Source: an uncultured Acidobacteriota bacterium
GTDB taxonomy: Bacteria > Acidobacteriota > Thermoanaerobaculia > Gp7-AA8
NCBI GenBank assembly: GCA_963741955.1
Contig: CAVUKB010000007.1
Coordinates: 864,001-928,000, forward strand
Length of the DNA: 64,000 nucleotides
Reading direction: 5' to 3'
How positions within the stretch are numbered: position 1 is the stretch's first letter; each line of letters starts with the position of its first letter. This document shows, one piece after another, positions 9,922-20,434 of the stretch. Both the position numbers and the translations under genes were made by a program. The notes under the pieces were generated by a model that saw only the letters and a list, made by a program, of their open reading frames with translations, was not told where the DNA came from and searched no databases.

Positions 9922-10698
9922 ATGCCAGAACCCATGAACCAACGGGTGGTGATCGTCACCGGCGCCGCCGCAGGTATCGGCCGTACGACCGCGATCCATT
10001 TCGCGAGAGAAGGAGCACGCGTCGCTGCATGGGACGTGAAGGAGATCGACGGTGCTCTCCTCGATGAACTGAAACGAAATGGCGGTGACGCACACGCGCA
10101 GCGCGTCGACGTCAGCGACTCGAGATCCGTGGAGAGTGCGGTTGCGGACGTGATCTCACGCTGGGGACGAATCGACGTCCTGGTGAACAACGCAGGAATC
10201 CTTCGCGACTCGCAGCTGGTGAAGTGGAAGGATGGCGCCGTCGCGTCGATGATGACCGACGAGGCTTTCGACGCCGTAGTGAACGTCAATTTCCGCGGCG
10301 TCTTCATCGCCACGCGCGCGGTGGTTCCGCACATGATCGCCGCGAAACGCGGCGTGATCCTCAATGCGTCTTCCGTCGTCGGCCTGTACGGCAATTTCGG
10401 GCAGACGAACTACGCGGCGACCAAAGCCGCGGTGATCAACATGACCCGCACCTGGTCTCGCGAGCTCGGTCGCTACGGCATCCGGGTGAACGCGGTCGCC
10501 CCCGGTTTCATCGCCACGGAGATGGTCCAGCAGATGCCGGAGAAGGTTCTCGAGGGAATGGTCGCGCGCACGCCGCTCGGCCGGATGGGCAAGCCCGAAG
10601 ACATCGCAGACGCGTACGTCTGGCTCGCATCGGACGCCGCGAGCTTCGTCACCGGGACGGTCCTCTCGGTCGACGGCGGAATCGTGATCGGCACGTAG
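9922..10698 (+). CDS. SDR, 3-oxoacyl-ACP/CoA reductase (FabG/PhaB-like)
   Basis: TGAAAGIG, NNAGI, YAATK, VAPGFI. Confidence 0.9.
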   Translation: MPEPMNQRVVIVTGAAAGIGRTTAIHFAREGARVAAWDVKEIDGALLDELKRNGGDAHAQRVDVSDSRSVESAVADVISRWGRIDVLVNNAGILRDSQLVKWKDGAVASMMTDEAFDAVVNVNFRGVFIATRAVVPHMIAAKRGVILNASSVVGLYGNFGQTNYAATKAAVINMTRTWSRELGRYGIRVNAVAPGFIATEMVQQMPEKVLEGMVARTPLGRMGKPEDIADAYVWLASDAASFVTGTVLSVDGGIVIGT

Positions 10699-10715
10699 GG
10701 CCGAGGGAGATCGAC

Positions 10716-11705
10716 ATGAGCTACGCAATCATTACATCCACCGGGATCTGCATCCCGGAAAATGAAGCTTCGAACGATCTGTTGAGACGACGCTTCGACG
10801 TCCGCTTCCCGGAATTCGTCGACAAGATGGAAGCATCGAGCGGGATCCGAACGCGATGGTTCGCTCCGGATGACCAGGCCACCTCGGATCTCGCCGCGGC
10901 CGCCGCGCGCGAGGCTCTCACGCGTGCGGGCAAGAGTGCGATGGACGTCGATCTGATCATCCTCGGCACCGATTCCCCCGACTACATCACCCCCGCGACG
11001 TCGGTCGTGGTGCAGGAGAAGATCGGCGCGAAGAACGCAGGCACGTTCGACGTCGGCTGTGCATGTGCGTCGTTCCCCACCGGGCTGTCCACCGCGGCGG
11101 GGTTGATGGCGACGAACCCGTCGCTGAAGACGGTCCTCGTCATCGGGGTCTACATGATGCACAAGCTCGCCGATCCGGACGACCCGATGATCTTCTTCTA
11201 CGGCGATGGCGCCGGTGCGGCGATTCTCGAACAGAGCGACCGCCCCGGATTCGTCTCCGCGGCGTTTCAGGCAGACGGCGCGTACTACCGCAACTGGGGT
11301 ATCTACTCCGGAGGTACGGCCGAACCGGTCACCGCGGAGTCGCTCGCCGCAGGAAGAACGACAGTGAAAATGTTCGATCGCTATCCTCCCGAGATCAACA
11401 ACGAAGGGTGGCCGAAGCTGGTCCGGAAAGTCGCCTGCAACGGAGGGTTCGAGCTCGGCGAGATCGACTTTCTCGTTTTCACGCAGGTGCGCAAGCCCAC
11501 CATCGAGCTGGTCATGGAAGATCTCGGCATTCCGATGGCGAAGACCCATACTGTAATGGAGAAGTGGGGCTACACCGGCTCCGCCTGCATTCCGATGGCT
11601 TTTCACGACGCGCTGCAGCAGAAGAAGATCAAGACGGGAGATCTCGTCGTCTTCATCGGATCCGGAGTCGGCTACAACCAGGCAGCGGCCGCGTTCAGGA
11701 TGTAG
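10716..11705 (+). CDS. KAS III (FabH)-fold protein with atypical active site
   Basis: FDVGCACASF, GDGAGA; TQVR and GYTGSA where FabH has HQAN and GNTSAA. Confidence 0.85.
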   Translation: MSYAIITSTGICIPENEASNDLLRRRFDVRFPEFVDKMEASSGIRTRWFAPDDQATSDLAAAAAREALTRAGKSAMDVDLIILGTDSPDYITPATSVVVQEKIGAKNAGTFDVGCACASFPTGLSTAAGLMATNPSLKTVLVIGVYMMHKLADPDDPMIFFYGDGAGAAILEQSDRPGFVSAAFQADGAYYRNWGIYSGGTAEPVTAESLAAGRTTVKMFDRYPPEINNEGWPKLVRKVACNGGFELGEIDFLVFTQVRKPTIELVMEDLGIPMAKTHTVMEKWGYTGSACIPMAFHDALQQKKIKTGDLVVFIGSGVGYNQAAAAFRM

Positions 11706-11787
11706 AGGAGCGAGAGGCTAGAGGCTCGCGACTTGGCCTGGAGAGTCGAGACCATGGAGTAAATCCATCGACGAAGGAGCCTTCAGC

Positions 11788-13383
11788 GTGAAGACGCAAT
11801 CAACGGACTCCCCGAGTCCCGAGTCCCGAGCCTCGAGCCTCGCGTCGTCCCCCGCCGACATCCTCGGCGAGCGCGCACGAGTGACACCCGATCGCGAGGC
11901 GCTCGTGATCGTGCAGAGCGATGACCGCCTCACGTACGCGGAGCTCGACTGGCGGATCTGCCGTGCCGCGGCGATGCTCACGAACGAGCTCGGTCTGCAG
12001 CGCGGCGACCGTTACGGCATCCTTCTCCACAACTGCGTGGAGTTCCTCGACCTCTTCTTCGCCGCCGCGAAGACGGGGCTGATCGCCGTCCCCCTCAGCA
12101 CTCGGGCGACGGCGCACGAGCTGGAAGGCATCTTTCGTGACTCTGGCTTGAGCGCGTTGTTCTACGGGCCGGAATTCACGGAAACGATCGAGGAGTGTCG
12201 CGGCGCGCTTTCTTCGGACGCTTCGGTGATTCCGGTCGAGTCCTCGGAGTACGCCAAGCTCATCTGCGACGCGGAGGCTGCAGACGTGACCCCCGCTGGC
12301 TGCGATCCGGAGGACCTGGTCTGCCTCCTCTACACCAGCGGAACGACCGGAGCGCCGAAGGGAGTGATGATCCCGCACCGGATGCTGGCGTTCAACGGCT
12401 ACAACACGGCTGTGAACTGGAGCCTGCGGGAGGACGACCGGAGCCCGGTGTTCACGCCGATGTACCACGCCGGAGGGATCGGTGCGTTCCTCGTTCCGAT
12501 CTTCACGGCCGGGGGGACGATCGTTCTCCACCGGAAATTCGACGTTCCGGAGATCTGGCGCACCATCGAGCGTGAGCGCTGCACGGTGGCCCTCGGCGTC
12601 CCGACGATCTATCGCATGCTGATGGAAGCCCCGGAGTTCGCGACGGCCGATCTTTCGAGCATTCGGTGGCTGATCAGCGGCGGCGCGCCGCTCCCGCTCA
12701 CCATCATCGAGGCGTACCAGAAGAGAGGGGTCGTCTTCAAGCAGGGGTTCGGGATGACCGAGGTCGGCGTGAACTGCTTCTCGATGACGGTGGAGGATTC
12801 GTTCCGGAAGCGCGGCTCGATCGGAAGGCCGATGCTCCACACCCGCGCGCGCGTCGTCGACGAAGGCGGCAACGACATGGCGCCGAATGAGGTCGGAGAG
12901 CTCGTCTTCAAGGGTCCGCACGTCTCGAAAGGCTACTGGAACGACGACGCAGCGACCGCCGCATCGTGGGATCGGGACGGCTGGTTTCACAGTGGAGACC
13001 TGGCCCGCATCGACGAAGAAGGGTTCTTCTACATCGCCGGACGGAAGAAGGACATGCTGATCAGCGGCGGGGTGAACGTGTACCCGGCGGAGATCGAGGC
13101 GGAGCTGGTGGCGCTCGCCGGCGTCGCGGACGCAGCCGTGGTCGGCGTTCGCGACGAAGAGTGGGGCGAAGTCGGGGTGGCGTTCGTCGTTCCGGTTGCG
13201 GGCGCGACACTCGACCCCGAGACGCTGAGCGCGCAGCTCCAGACGCGTCTCGCGAAACACAAGCTTCCGAAGCGTTACCACTTCATCGACGCACTCCCGC
13301 GTACGCCTTACGGAAAGGTGCTCAAGGCGGATCTGCGGAAGCTCGCGGAGTCGCCTGGCGTGCCCAGAGAAGAGCAGGAATAG
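11788..13383 (+). CDS. Acyl-CoA synthetase (AMP-forming)
   Basis: YTSGTTGAPKG, GFGMTE, GWFHSGD, LPRTPYGKVLK. Confidence 0.93.
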   Translation: MKTQSTDSPSPESRASSLASSPADILGERARVTPDREALVIVQSDDRLTYAELDWRICRAAAMLTNELGLQRGDRYGILLHNCVEFLDLFFAAAKTGLIAVPLSTRATAHELEGIFRDSGLSALFYGPEFTETIEECRGALSSDASVIPVESSEYAKLICDAEAADVTPAGCDPEDLVCLLYTSGTTGAPKGVMIPHRMLAFNGYNTAVNWSLREDDRSPVFTPMYHAGGIGAFLVPIFTAGGTIVLHRKFDVPEIWRTIERERCTVALGVPTIYRMLMEAPEFATADLSSIRWLISGGAPLPLTIIEAYQKRGVVFKQGFGMTEVGVNCFSMTVEDSFRKRGSIGRPMLHTRARVVDEGGNDMAPNEVGELVFKGPHVSKGYWNDDAATAASWDRDGWFHSGDLARIDEEGFFYIAGRKKDMLISGGVNVYPAEIEAELVALAGVADAAVVGVRDEEWGEVGVAFVVPVAGATLDPETLSAQLQTRLAKHKLPKRYHFIDALPRTPYGKVLKADLRKLAESPGVPREEQE

Positions 13384-13440
13384 CTCGGATCATTGATGAG
13401 ACTTCGATCCGCAGCAGAAGTCCTGTGAATCATCCGGGGT
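13381..13440. repeat. Degenerate palindromic mini-element, family D copy 1
   Basis: Imperfect inverted arms around TCCGCAGCAGAAGTC; related to 27429-27476. Confidence 0.55.
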
Positions 13441-13474
13441 TGAAGCCGGTTCCTGGTGAGGCGACGAGGCTCGG

Positions 13475-15274
13475 CTACTCCGCCGTCCTGCTCGTCTGGT
13501 CGATCCACTCATCGACGACGTTCGTGAGCAGCTCGAGCGGGATGGCGCCGTTCTCCAGCAACAGGCTGTCGAATGCGCGGATGTCGAACCGCGAACCGAG
13601 CCGCTTTTCGGCTTCGTGTCGCAGCTCCTGGATGCGGACCTCACCGACCATGTAGGAGAGAGACTGGCCGGGCCACGCGATGTAGCGGTCGACTTCCGTC
13701 GCGATGTTCTGCTCACTCAGAGCGGTGTTCTCCTCGAAGTACTTCACCGCGCGCTCGCGCGGCCAGCCGAAGGCGTGCATCCCGGTGTCGACGACGAGAC
13801 GCACGGCGCGCCACATCTGATAATCGAGATATCCGAAGCGCGCGTAGGCGTCGTCGTAAAGCCCCATCTCTTCACAGAGCGTCTCCGAGTACAGCGCCCA
13901 TCCTTCGCCGAACGCACTGTAGTAATCGAAGCGGCGGAACTGCGGGACGTTTCCGAGCTCCATCGCGATCGGGATCTGAAGCTGATGGCCGGGGCGTGCC
14001 TCGTGGCAGGTCAGCACCTGGATGTCGTACTTCGGTCTCGACTCCGGTTTGTAGAGATTCACTTCCATGTAGCCGGCCACGCTGCCGTCACCCGCCGGAG
14101 GAACCGAGTACGCTGGATAGGTGTCGGGCGCGAGCGCGTCCGGGATCTTGCGAATGCCGTAAGGAACTTTCGGCAGTTTCGAGGTGAGGAAGAGCTCGAC
14201 CAGATGAGGATCGACGCGTTTGGCCGCGGCGCGATACGCCTCGAGCAGGTCGTCGGGATTCGTATAGTAGAACCGCGGATCGGTTCGCAGAAAGTGCAGA
14301 AAGTCCCGGTAACTTCCGTCGAAGTGAAGCTGGTCGAAGATCTGCTTCATCTCGGCGTGGATCGCGTCCACTTTGCGAAGCCCGAGGGAGTGGACCTGCT
14401 CCGGAGTCATGTCGGTGGTGGTGGAAGAGCGGACGAGCCAGCCGTAGTAAGCCTTCCCGTCCGGGAGCGTGCTCGCCGCGATCGAGTCCCGGCTGTGGGG
14501 GAGATACCGGTCGTTGAAGAACGTCTGGAGCCGTTCGAACGCAGGAACGACCACTTCGCGGATCGCCTTCTTCGCGCGGCTCCGCAACGCCTCCTGACGC
14601 TCGGCCGGAATGGTCGAGGGCATCGTTTCGAACGGGTGGTAGAAGTCGCTCTGACCCGGGTCGGAGACGATCTGCGCGGTGATCTGTCGCGGGATTCGTT
14701 CCATGACCACCTTCGGCTGTGTGCGTCCTTCGCGAATTCCCTCAGCCAGAAGCGCGATGGTCTGATCCATGTATGTCCCGAAGCGCTCGAGGCGCGCGAT
14801 CCAGTTCGCGTAGTCGGATTCGGTCCGGAACGGCAGGCTGCGGGCGATGTTGTACGAGGTCTGGATTCCGCCGAGCTGGTTCAGCGCGAAGACGTATTCG
14901 TGGAAGCCGTAGCTTGCGACGCCCTGCTGGTAACGGTACTCGAAGAGGTCGTAGTTGAGCCGATCGCGGGCATCGAGCTGCTCGCGAGGAATCGCGGCGA
15001 GGTCTCGAAGCGTTTGCAGATCTTCTTCGTGGTGCTCCGCGATCGCCTTCGACGAGAGGTCCGGCCATCGATCGTCGTACTCGTGCACGCCGTCGAGCGA
15101 CGCCTCGACCGGATTCTCTCGCATCTCCCGAGCCCAGGCGGCGTCGAAGAGCTGGTGGAGGGTATGACTCGCATCACCGGGAGCGGCTGGCACGTTTGCC
15201 GCCGCCAGATTCGAGGTGAGAAGGGCGGCTCCGGCCAGGGCGATGGTCAGGCGAGAGAGGAGGCGGTTCGTCAT
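13475..15274 (-). CDS. Secreted DUF885-family protein (putative metallopeptidase)
   Basis: Signal peptide; HEARPGHQLQ, AFGEGWALYSE, RAVRLVVDTGMH, EVDRYIAWPGQ. Confidence 0.92.
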   Translation of the reverse strand: MTNRLLSRLTIALAGAALLTSNLAAANVPAAPGDASHTLHQLFDAAWAREMRENPVEASLDGVHEYDDRWPDLSSKAIAEHHEEDLQTLRDLAAIPREQLDARDRLNYDLFEYRYQQGVASYGFHEYVFALNQLGGIQTSYNIARSLPFRTESDYANWIARLERFGTYMDQTIALLAEGIREGRTQPKVVMERIPRQITAQIVSDPGQSDFYHPFETMPSTIPAERQEALRSRAKKAIREVVVPAFERLQTFFNDRYLPHSRDSIAASTLPDGKAYYGWLVRSSTTTDMTPEQVHSLGLRKVDAIHAEMKQIFDQLHFDGSYRDFLHFLRTDPRFYYTNPDDLLEAYRAAAKRVDPHLVELFLTSKLPKVPYGIRKIPDALAPDTYPAYSVPPAGDGSVAGYMEVNLYKPESRPKYDIQVLTCHEARPGHQLQIPIAMELGNVPQFRRFDYYSAFGEGWALYSETLCEEMGLYDDAYARFGYLDYQMWRAVRLVVDTGMHAFGWPRERAVKYFEENTALSEQNIATEVDRYIAWPGQSLSYMVGEVRIQELRHEAEKRLGSRFDIRAFDSLLLENGAIPLELLTNVVDEWIDQTSRTAE

Positions 15275-15443
15275 CGTGGTCCCTTTCCTTCTGTCGAACG
15301 GAATCCCCCCATCGTACCCCGTGCGGTTTCTTCGTCGCGAGTGGCCGGCCGCGATCGGTGACTCCTTCGGCGTGGCTCCCTGGTCCGGTCGGTCGAACCT
15401 CTCGGCTCGAATTTCGTCTCATCATTGCGTGTTGGAGGGCTGC

Positions 15444-16064
15444 GTGCGAGTTCTCGTCCTGAACAGCGAGCCATGGCGCGACGGCGGCATCGCGCGCGTC
15501 CTCGAAAGCGCCCCGGGGATCCGTCCGATCCTCGAACGTGAGCTCGGCGACCTCACCTGGTCGAAGTCGCTCGCCGACGTGATCCTGGTCGCCGCGACAT
15601 CCCTCCGCACCGACCCGAGGCGCTCGCTCGTCGCCATCCGGCGGAAGTTTCCCCGCGCCCGCATTCTCGTCCACGGTGACGAGTGCGATCCCGCCACCGT
15701 CGCCGCCTTGATCGCCCAAGGTGCCGACGGCTACTTCTCCCTCGCGCTCGGCGAAGAGAAACTGGTCAAGGCGCTCCGTACCGTCGCCCGCGGTTCGGTC
15801 TGGATGCCGAGCGACGCCGTGACCTCGATGGTGCGGCAGCTCCGCTCGGGAATGGTCGGATCCGATCCGCTCAGTCATGGAGAGCAGGCGCTCCTCCGGA
15901 TGCTCGATCAGGGGATGACGAACAAGGAGATGGCGGCACAGCTCGGCGTCGCGGAGATTACGGTGAAGAGTCGGCTTGCGCGTGTCTACCGGCGGTTCGG
16001 CGTCCGTACCCGGACTCAGCTCCTCTCGTTCGCCGTCCGCAACGACCTTATCCCGCGGCCGTGA
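15444..16064 (+). CDS. NarL/LuxR-family regulator with degenerate receiver domain
   Basis: GGAGG then GTG; C-terminal GMTNKEMAAQLGVAEITVK HTH. Confidence 0.85.
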   Translation: MRVLVLNSEPWRDGGIARVLESAPGIRPILERELGDLTWSKSLADVILVAATSLRTDPRRSLVAIRRKFPRARILVHGDECDPATVAALIAQGADGYFSLALGEEKLVKALRTVARGSVWMPSDAVTSMVRQLRSGMVGSDPLSHGEQALLRMLDQGMTNKEMAAQLGVAEITVKSRLARVYRRFGVRTRTQLLSFAVRNDLIPRP

Positions 16065-16207
16065 CCTTCCCGTAACCCGGCGGTATACGAATGCTTTATC
16101 CGGTATACCGTTTCACCTCTGCGCGGCACGTTTTCTGGTGATCGCATTGCAGTCTCCCGGCGGCCTGCGAAGAGATTCTTCGCAAGATCAAATCGTCCGG
16201 AGGACTC

Positions 16208-17116
16208 ATGAAGACACGTAGCATTCTCGCCATACTCCTGCTCTCCGCTGCACTCCCACTCGCCGCCCAGACCACCGAAGGATCCTGGACCACGACCGTC
16301 GCCTCATCGTCCGGATCTCTCCAGCTCGAGGTCGTTCCGCCGCTCGGGAAGGACCAGCCGCTCAACTGCCATCGCCACGTCATTCCGGTGAAGTTCGCTC
16401 CCGCCGAGGCCGAAGGGGGGACGCTCCTGGTATCGGACCTCTCCGACACCGACACCTCGAACGACGCGAGCTCCATCACGTTCACTCCGACCGACTCGAG
16501 CTTCACCGTCTCCGATCTGACGAACCTCACCGCGGTGTACGACGTGGTGGAAGGGAACTGTGGTGGAGGCGCTCTCCGCTGGTCGATCACCACGACGGAG
16601 GGAAACGTCTTCGTCTATTACGGTGAGGCGCCGAACTTCACCGACTGCAGCGGCGCCGAGGGACAGAGCGGGGTGAACCTGCTGTCGATGAGCGACATGA
16701 GAGTCGATTCGTCGCAGGTGTACGCCGGGACGCAGTACAACACGTGGGACGCGTTCGTCGCCGCGAATCCGGACCTGGTGATCCAGAGCATCAGTCTCGT
16801 CGCCGACGCCGGATGGTTCCAGGCCGACCAGGTGCAGTCGTTTCAGATCTCCTCGGCGACGGTGAACGACAACACGTACACCGGGCAGATGACGGAGTGC
16901 GACCTTCCGGACGCCACGATCCAGGTGACGGACCAGAACGGCACGACGGTCGACGTGAAGTCGGTTCAGGGGGACGGTACGGCCTTCCGCGTGGATGATT
17001 GCCAGTACGTGTACAACCTCGTGAATCCAGGGCCGGGAACCTACACCGTCGACATCATGGTCGGCGGCGACGTGGCGGCTTCGAGCACGTTCACCGTCTC
17101 CTGCAGCAGGCGGTAA
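16208..17116 (+). CDS. Secreted acidic beta-rich hypothetical protein
   Basis: RBS GGAGG, signal peptide, Ser/Thr/Asp-rich, several Cys. Confidence 0.8.
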   Translation: MKTRSILAILLLSAALPLAAQTTEGSWTTTVASSSGSLQLEVVPPLGKDQPLNCHRHVIPVKFAPAEAEGGTLLVSDLSDTDTSNDASSITFTPTDSSFTVSDLTNLTAVYDVVEGNCGGGALRWSITTTEGNVFVYYGEAPNFTDCSGAEGQSGVNLLSMSDMRVDSSQVYAGTQYNTWDAFVAANPDLVIQSISLVADAGWFQADQVQSFQISSATVNDNTYTGQMTECDLPDATIQVTDQNGTTVDVKSVQGDGTAFRVDDCQYVYNLVNPGPGTYTVDIMVGGDVAASSTFTVSCSRR

Positions 17117-17142
17117 AGAGGAGGTCTCTCCCTCCTTCAGGT

Positions 17143-17174
17143 GGGCTGCGTCGGGGATCCCGGCGCAGCCCTTT
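17143..17174 (+). terminator. Probable terminator hairpin
   Basis: GGGCTGCGTCGGG-gat-CCCGGCGCAGCCC-TTT. Confidence 0.55.
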
Positions 17175-17219
17175 CCAGGCTGTCGACGTCGTCGCAGCGC
17201 TCGGTGATAGAGTCACGGG

Positions 17220-18017
17220 ATGCTCTCACGCTCCGACGTCGAAGCGCTTCTCGAGGCAGTGCGGGCGATCTCGCACCGCGCGACGACATTGATCGTGGAG
17301 AAGCTCGACGCCGGCTTCACGTTCAGGCAGAAGGCGGACCGGAGCTTCGTGACCGAGATCGACATCGCCGCCGAGGAGCTGATCCGCGATGCGATCCTGC
17401 GGCAGTTCCCCGATCACGGCATCGTCGGCGAGGAGCTCGGCAGCGTTGCGTCCGATGCCGAGTTCCAGTGGACGATCGATCCGATCGACGGCACCATGAG
17501 CCTCCGCCACGGGATTCCGCTCTTCGGCAGCATCGTCGGGGTGACCTTTCGCGGTGCGCCTCTGGTCGGAGTGATCGCCCTTCCGCAGCTCGGCCGCACG
17601 TACTACGCAGGAAGGGATCTCGGGGCGTGGCGCAACGACACGCGGATCTCCATCCACGACGTCGAGAACGGCGAGGCGATCGAAGATGAAGTGATCGCGA
17701 CGGGAGAGCGGCGGCAGTTCGTGAGGGGGGGACGAGCGGAAGAGTTCGATCGGCTGATGACTTCGCACCCGAGCGTGCGGACCTACTGCGACTGCTTCGG
17801 CCACGGGCTCGCGGCGGAAGGAAGTGTCGGCGCGATGCTCGACTTCGACCTGCGGGCGTGGGACATCGGTGCGACGGAAATCCTGATCACCGAGGCGGGC
17901 GGGAAGTTCGTGCGGCTGGGTGGAGAGGGGAGTGGTGCGGAGGCGAGGCACGACCTCCTCTTCGGGAAGCCGGCGGTGGTCGACTGGGTGATCGATACGA
18001 TCCGGTACCGTGAGTGA
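17220..18017 (+). CDS. Inositol monophosphatase family protein (HisN-like)
   Basis: GEE, WTIDPIDGT, WDIGA. Confidence 0.9.
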   Translation: MLSRSDVEALLEAVRAISHRATTLIVEKLDAGFTFRQKADRSFVTEIDIAAEELIRDAILRQFPDHGIVGEELGSVASDAEFQWTIDPIDGTMSLRHGIPLFGSIVGVTFRGAPLVGVIALPQLGRTYYAGRDLGAWRNDTRISIHDVENGEAIEDEVIATGERRQFVRGGRAEEFDRLMTSHPSVRTYCDCFGHGLAAEGSVGAMLDFDLRAWDIGATEILITEAGGKFVRLGGEGSGAEARHDLLFGKPAVVDWVIDTIRYRE

Positions 18018-18033
18018 AGAACGACCCGCGGTC

Positions 18034-18069
18034 TTGACAATTACTCTACTCGATCACTAGATTACTCTC
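18034..18069 (+). promoter_or_regulatory. sigma70 promoter with overlapping candidate Rrf2 operator, probably leaderless
   Basis: TTGACA-18-TAGATT ending 6 nt before GTG; TCTA-N9-TAGA; ATTACTCT twice. Confidence 0.62.
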
Positions 18070-18564
18070 GTGCTTTCCAAACGCGCGAAGTACGGCCTGA
18101 AGGCGATGATCGGCCTGGCCCGCGATCCGGGGGGGCCGATGCGGATCGAGGACCTCGCCCGCCAGGAGAAGATCCCGAAGAAGTTCCTCGAGTTGATCCT
18201 CCTCGACCTGCGCAACCAGGGGTTCCTCCGTTCGAAGAAAGGGGCCGGAGGCGGGTATGCGCTCGCCCGGCCCGCGGATCTGATCGGCCTCGGGCAGTTG
18301 GTACGCGTCCTCGACGGGCCTCTCGCGCCGATCCCTTGCGTCAGCCAGACTGCATATGAGACGTGCGACGACTGCGCGGACGAACAGGCCTGCGAGCTCC
18401 GGATCGTGATGAAGAAGGTCAGGGACGAGATCGCCCGCGTCCTCGACGGGACGACGCTGGCGGACGCAGTTGCGAAACGCTCTGCCGGAGATCTCGCTCC
18501 TCCCGCACCTCCCGGCGGGCGCCGCCGCGCGTCCGCGTCTCCGAGTACCAGATCGAAAAAGTAG
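18070..18564 (+). CDS. Rrf2-family transcriptional regulator
   Basis: [38 protein letters not shown]. Confidence 0.93.
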   Translation: MLSKRAKYGLKAMIGLARDPGGPMRIEDLARQEKIPKKFLELILLDLRNQGFLRSKKGAGGGYALARPADLIGLGQLVRVLDGPLAPIPCVSQTAYETCDDCADEQACELRIVMKKVRDEIARVLDGTTLADAVAKRSAGDLAPPAPPGGRRRASASPSTRSKK

Positions 18565-18575
18565 GGAGTACGGCC

Positions 18576-19577
18576 ATGCGTCTGCAGATGCTTCTCACCC
18601 TCCTCTTCGTCGCCGCGACTTCGACCGCGCGGTTGCCCGCGGCGGACGTGACGCTCCTCAATGTCTCCTACGACCCGACGCGTGAGCTCTACGAAGAGAT
18701 CAACGCGCAGTTCACCCACTACTGGAGCGCGAAACACCATCGTTCCATCGAGATCCGTATGTCGCACGGTGGCTCGGGGAGCCAGGCCCGGTCGGTCATC
18801 GACGGGCTCCCGGCCGACGTAGTGACGCTGGCTCTCGCACCCGACATCGATGCGATCGCCTCGCGCGGCGTTCTCCGGCGGGACTGGGCATCGCGACTGC
18901 CGTTCGGTTCCGCCCCGTTCACCTCGACGGTCGTGTTTCTGGTGCGGGAGGGAAACCCGAAGAACGTCCGCGACTGGCCGGACCTGGTCCGACCCGGTGT
19001 GGAAGTGATCACCCCGAACCCGAAGACCTCCGGCGGCGCACGGTGGAACTATCTCGCCGCGTGGGGATACGCCCTCCGTGCTTCCGGAGGGAGCGACGCG
19101 GCGGCACGGGAGTTCGTGACGAAGCTCTATCGCAACGTCCCGGTGCTCGACACCGGGGCACGAGGTGCGACGACGACCTTCGTCGAGCGCGGCATCGGCG
19201 ACGTCTACATCGCCTGGGAGAACGAGGCGATCCTGGTCACCGAGCAACTCGCACCGGGACGCTTCCGGATCGTGGTCCCGTCCAGCAGCATTCTCGCTGC
19301 CCCTCCGGTGGCGATCGTCGACTCGGTGGTCGACCGCCGTCGAACGCGTGAGGTCGCGCAGGAGTATCTCGAGTTCCTCTACTCGAAGGTGGGACAGCGA
19401 ATCGCCGCGCGCCATTTCTTCCGGCCGGCGATCCCGGCGATCCGGCGTGAATTCGAAGAGCGGTTCCCGTCCGTGAAACTCTTCACCGTCGAAGAGCTCT
19501 TCGGCGGCTGGGCGAAGGCGCAGTCCCGTCACTTCGCGGACGGCGGCGTCTTCGACCAGATCTATGGCCACTCATGA
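18576..19577 (+). CDS. sbp: Sulfate ABC transporter substrate-binding protein
   Basis: [34 protein letters not shown]. Confidence 0.95.
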   Translation: MRLQMLLTLLFVAATSTARLPAADVTLLNVSYDPTRELYEEINAQFTHYWSAKHHRSIEIRMSHGGSGSQARSVIDGLPADVVTLALAPDIDAIASRGVLRRDWASRLPFGSAPFTSTVVFLVREGNPKNVRDWPDLVRPGVEVITPNPKTSGGARWNYLAAWGYALRASGGSDAAAREFVTKLYRNVPVLDTGARGATTTFVERGIGDVYIAWENEAILVTEQLAPGRFRIVVPSSSILAAPPVAIVDSVVDRRRTREVAQEYLEFLYSKVGQRIAARHFFRPAIPAIRREFEERFPSVKLFTVEELFGGWAKAQSRHFADGGVFDQIYGHS

Positions 19578-20434
19578 CCATTCGTCGTACTGATCCCGCT
19601 GGCGTGCGCCTCATCCGCGGACGTGCCGCCGTTCTCCCGGGCTTCCGCCTCACGCTCGGCTTCACCCTCTTCTACCTTTCGGCTCTGGTTCTTCTCCCGC
19701 TGGCGGCTCTGGCGATGAAGGGGCTGTCAGTCGAGCCGCAGCGGGCATGGGAGATCCTCTCCTCAGCCCGCGTCATCGCGGCGTTCCGGCTGAGCATCGC
19801 CACTGCGGCTGCGGCGGCTGCGCTGAACACCGTCTTCGGACTTCTCACCGCGTGGGCACTCGAACGAACGTCGTTTCCCGGCCGCCGTCTGGTCGACGGA
19901 ATGATCGATCTTCCGTTCGCGCTTCCGACCGCGGTCGCCGGGATCACGCTGACCGCGATGTACGCTCCGACCGGAATCGTCGGACGGTGGCTGGCGCCGT
20001 TCGGTTTGAAGGTCGCCTACACGCCGCTCGGAATCATCCTCGCACTCACGTTCGTCGGTCTCCCGTTCGTCGTTCGTTCGGTGCAGCCGGTGATCCAGGC
20101 GCTGGAGAGGGAAGCGGAGGAAGCGGCGGTCTCGCTCGGTGCCTCGCCGTGGCAGACATTCCGGCGTGTGATCTTTCCGGAGCTCGTCCCGGCGCTTCTC
20201 ACCGGGTTCGGTCTGGCCTTCGCCCGCGGGCTCGGAGAGTACGGTTCGGTGATCTTCATCGCCGGGAACATGCCGATGCGGACCGAGACCATGCCGCTCC
20301 TGATCATGATCCGGCTCGAGCAGTTCGATTACGAGGGCGCAGCGGCGATCGCGATGGTCTATCTCCTGATCGGGATTGCGATCGTCGCGACGCTGGACGC
20401 CGTGCAGCGGATGCGGGCGAGGAGGGTCGCATGA
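19574..20434 (+). CDS. cysT: Sulfate ABC transporter permease
   Basis: [17 protein letters not shown] motif, [12 protein letters not shown]. Confidence 0.95.
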   Translation: MTIRRTDPAGVRLIRGRAAVLPGFRLTLGFTLFYLSALVLLPLAALAMKGLSVEPQRAWEILSSARVIAAFRLSIATAAAAAALNTVFGLLTAWALERTSFPGRRLVDGMIDLPFALPTAVAGITLTAMYAPTGIVGRWLAPFGLKVAYTPLGIILALTFVGLPFVVRSVQPVIQALEREAEEAAVSLGASPWQTFRRVIFPELVPALLTGFGLAFARGLGEYGSVIFIAGNMPMRTETMPLLIMIRLEQFDYEGAAAIAMVYLLIGIAIVATLDAVQRMRARRVA

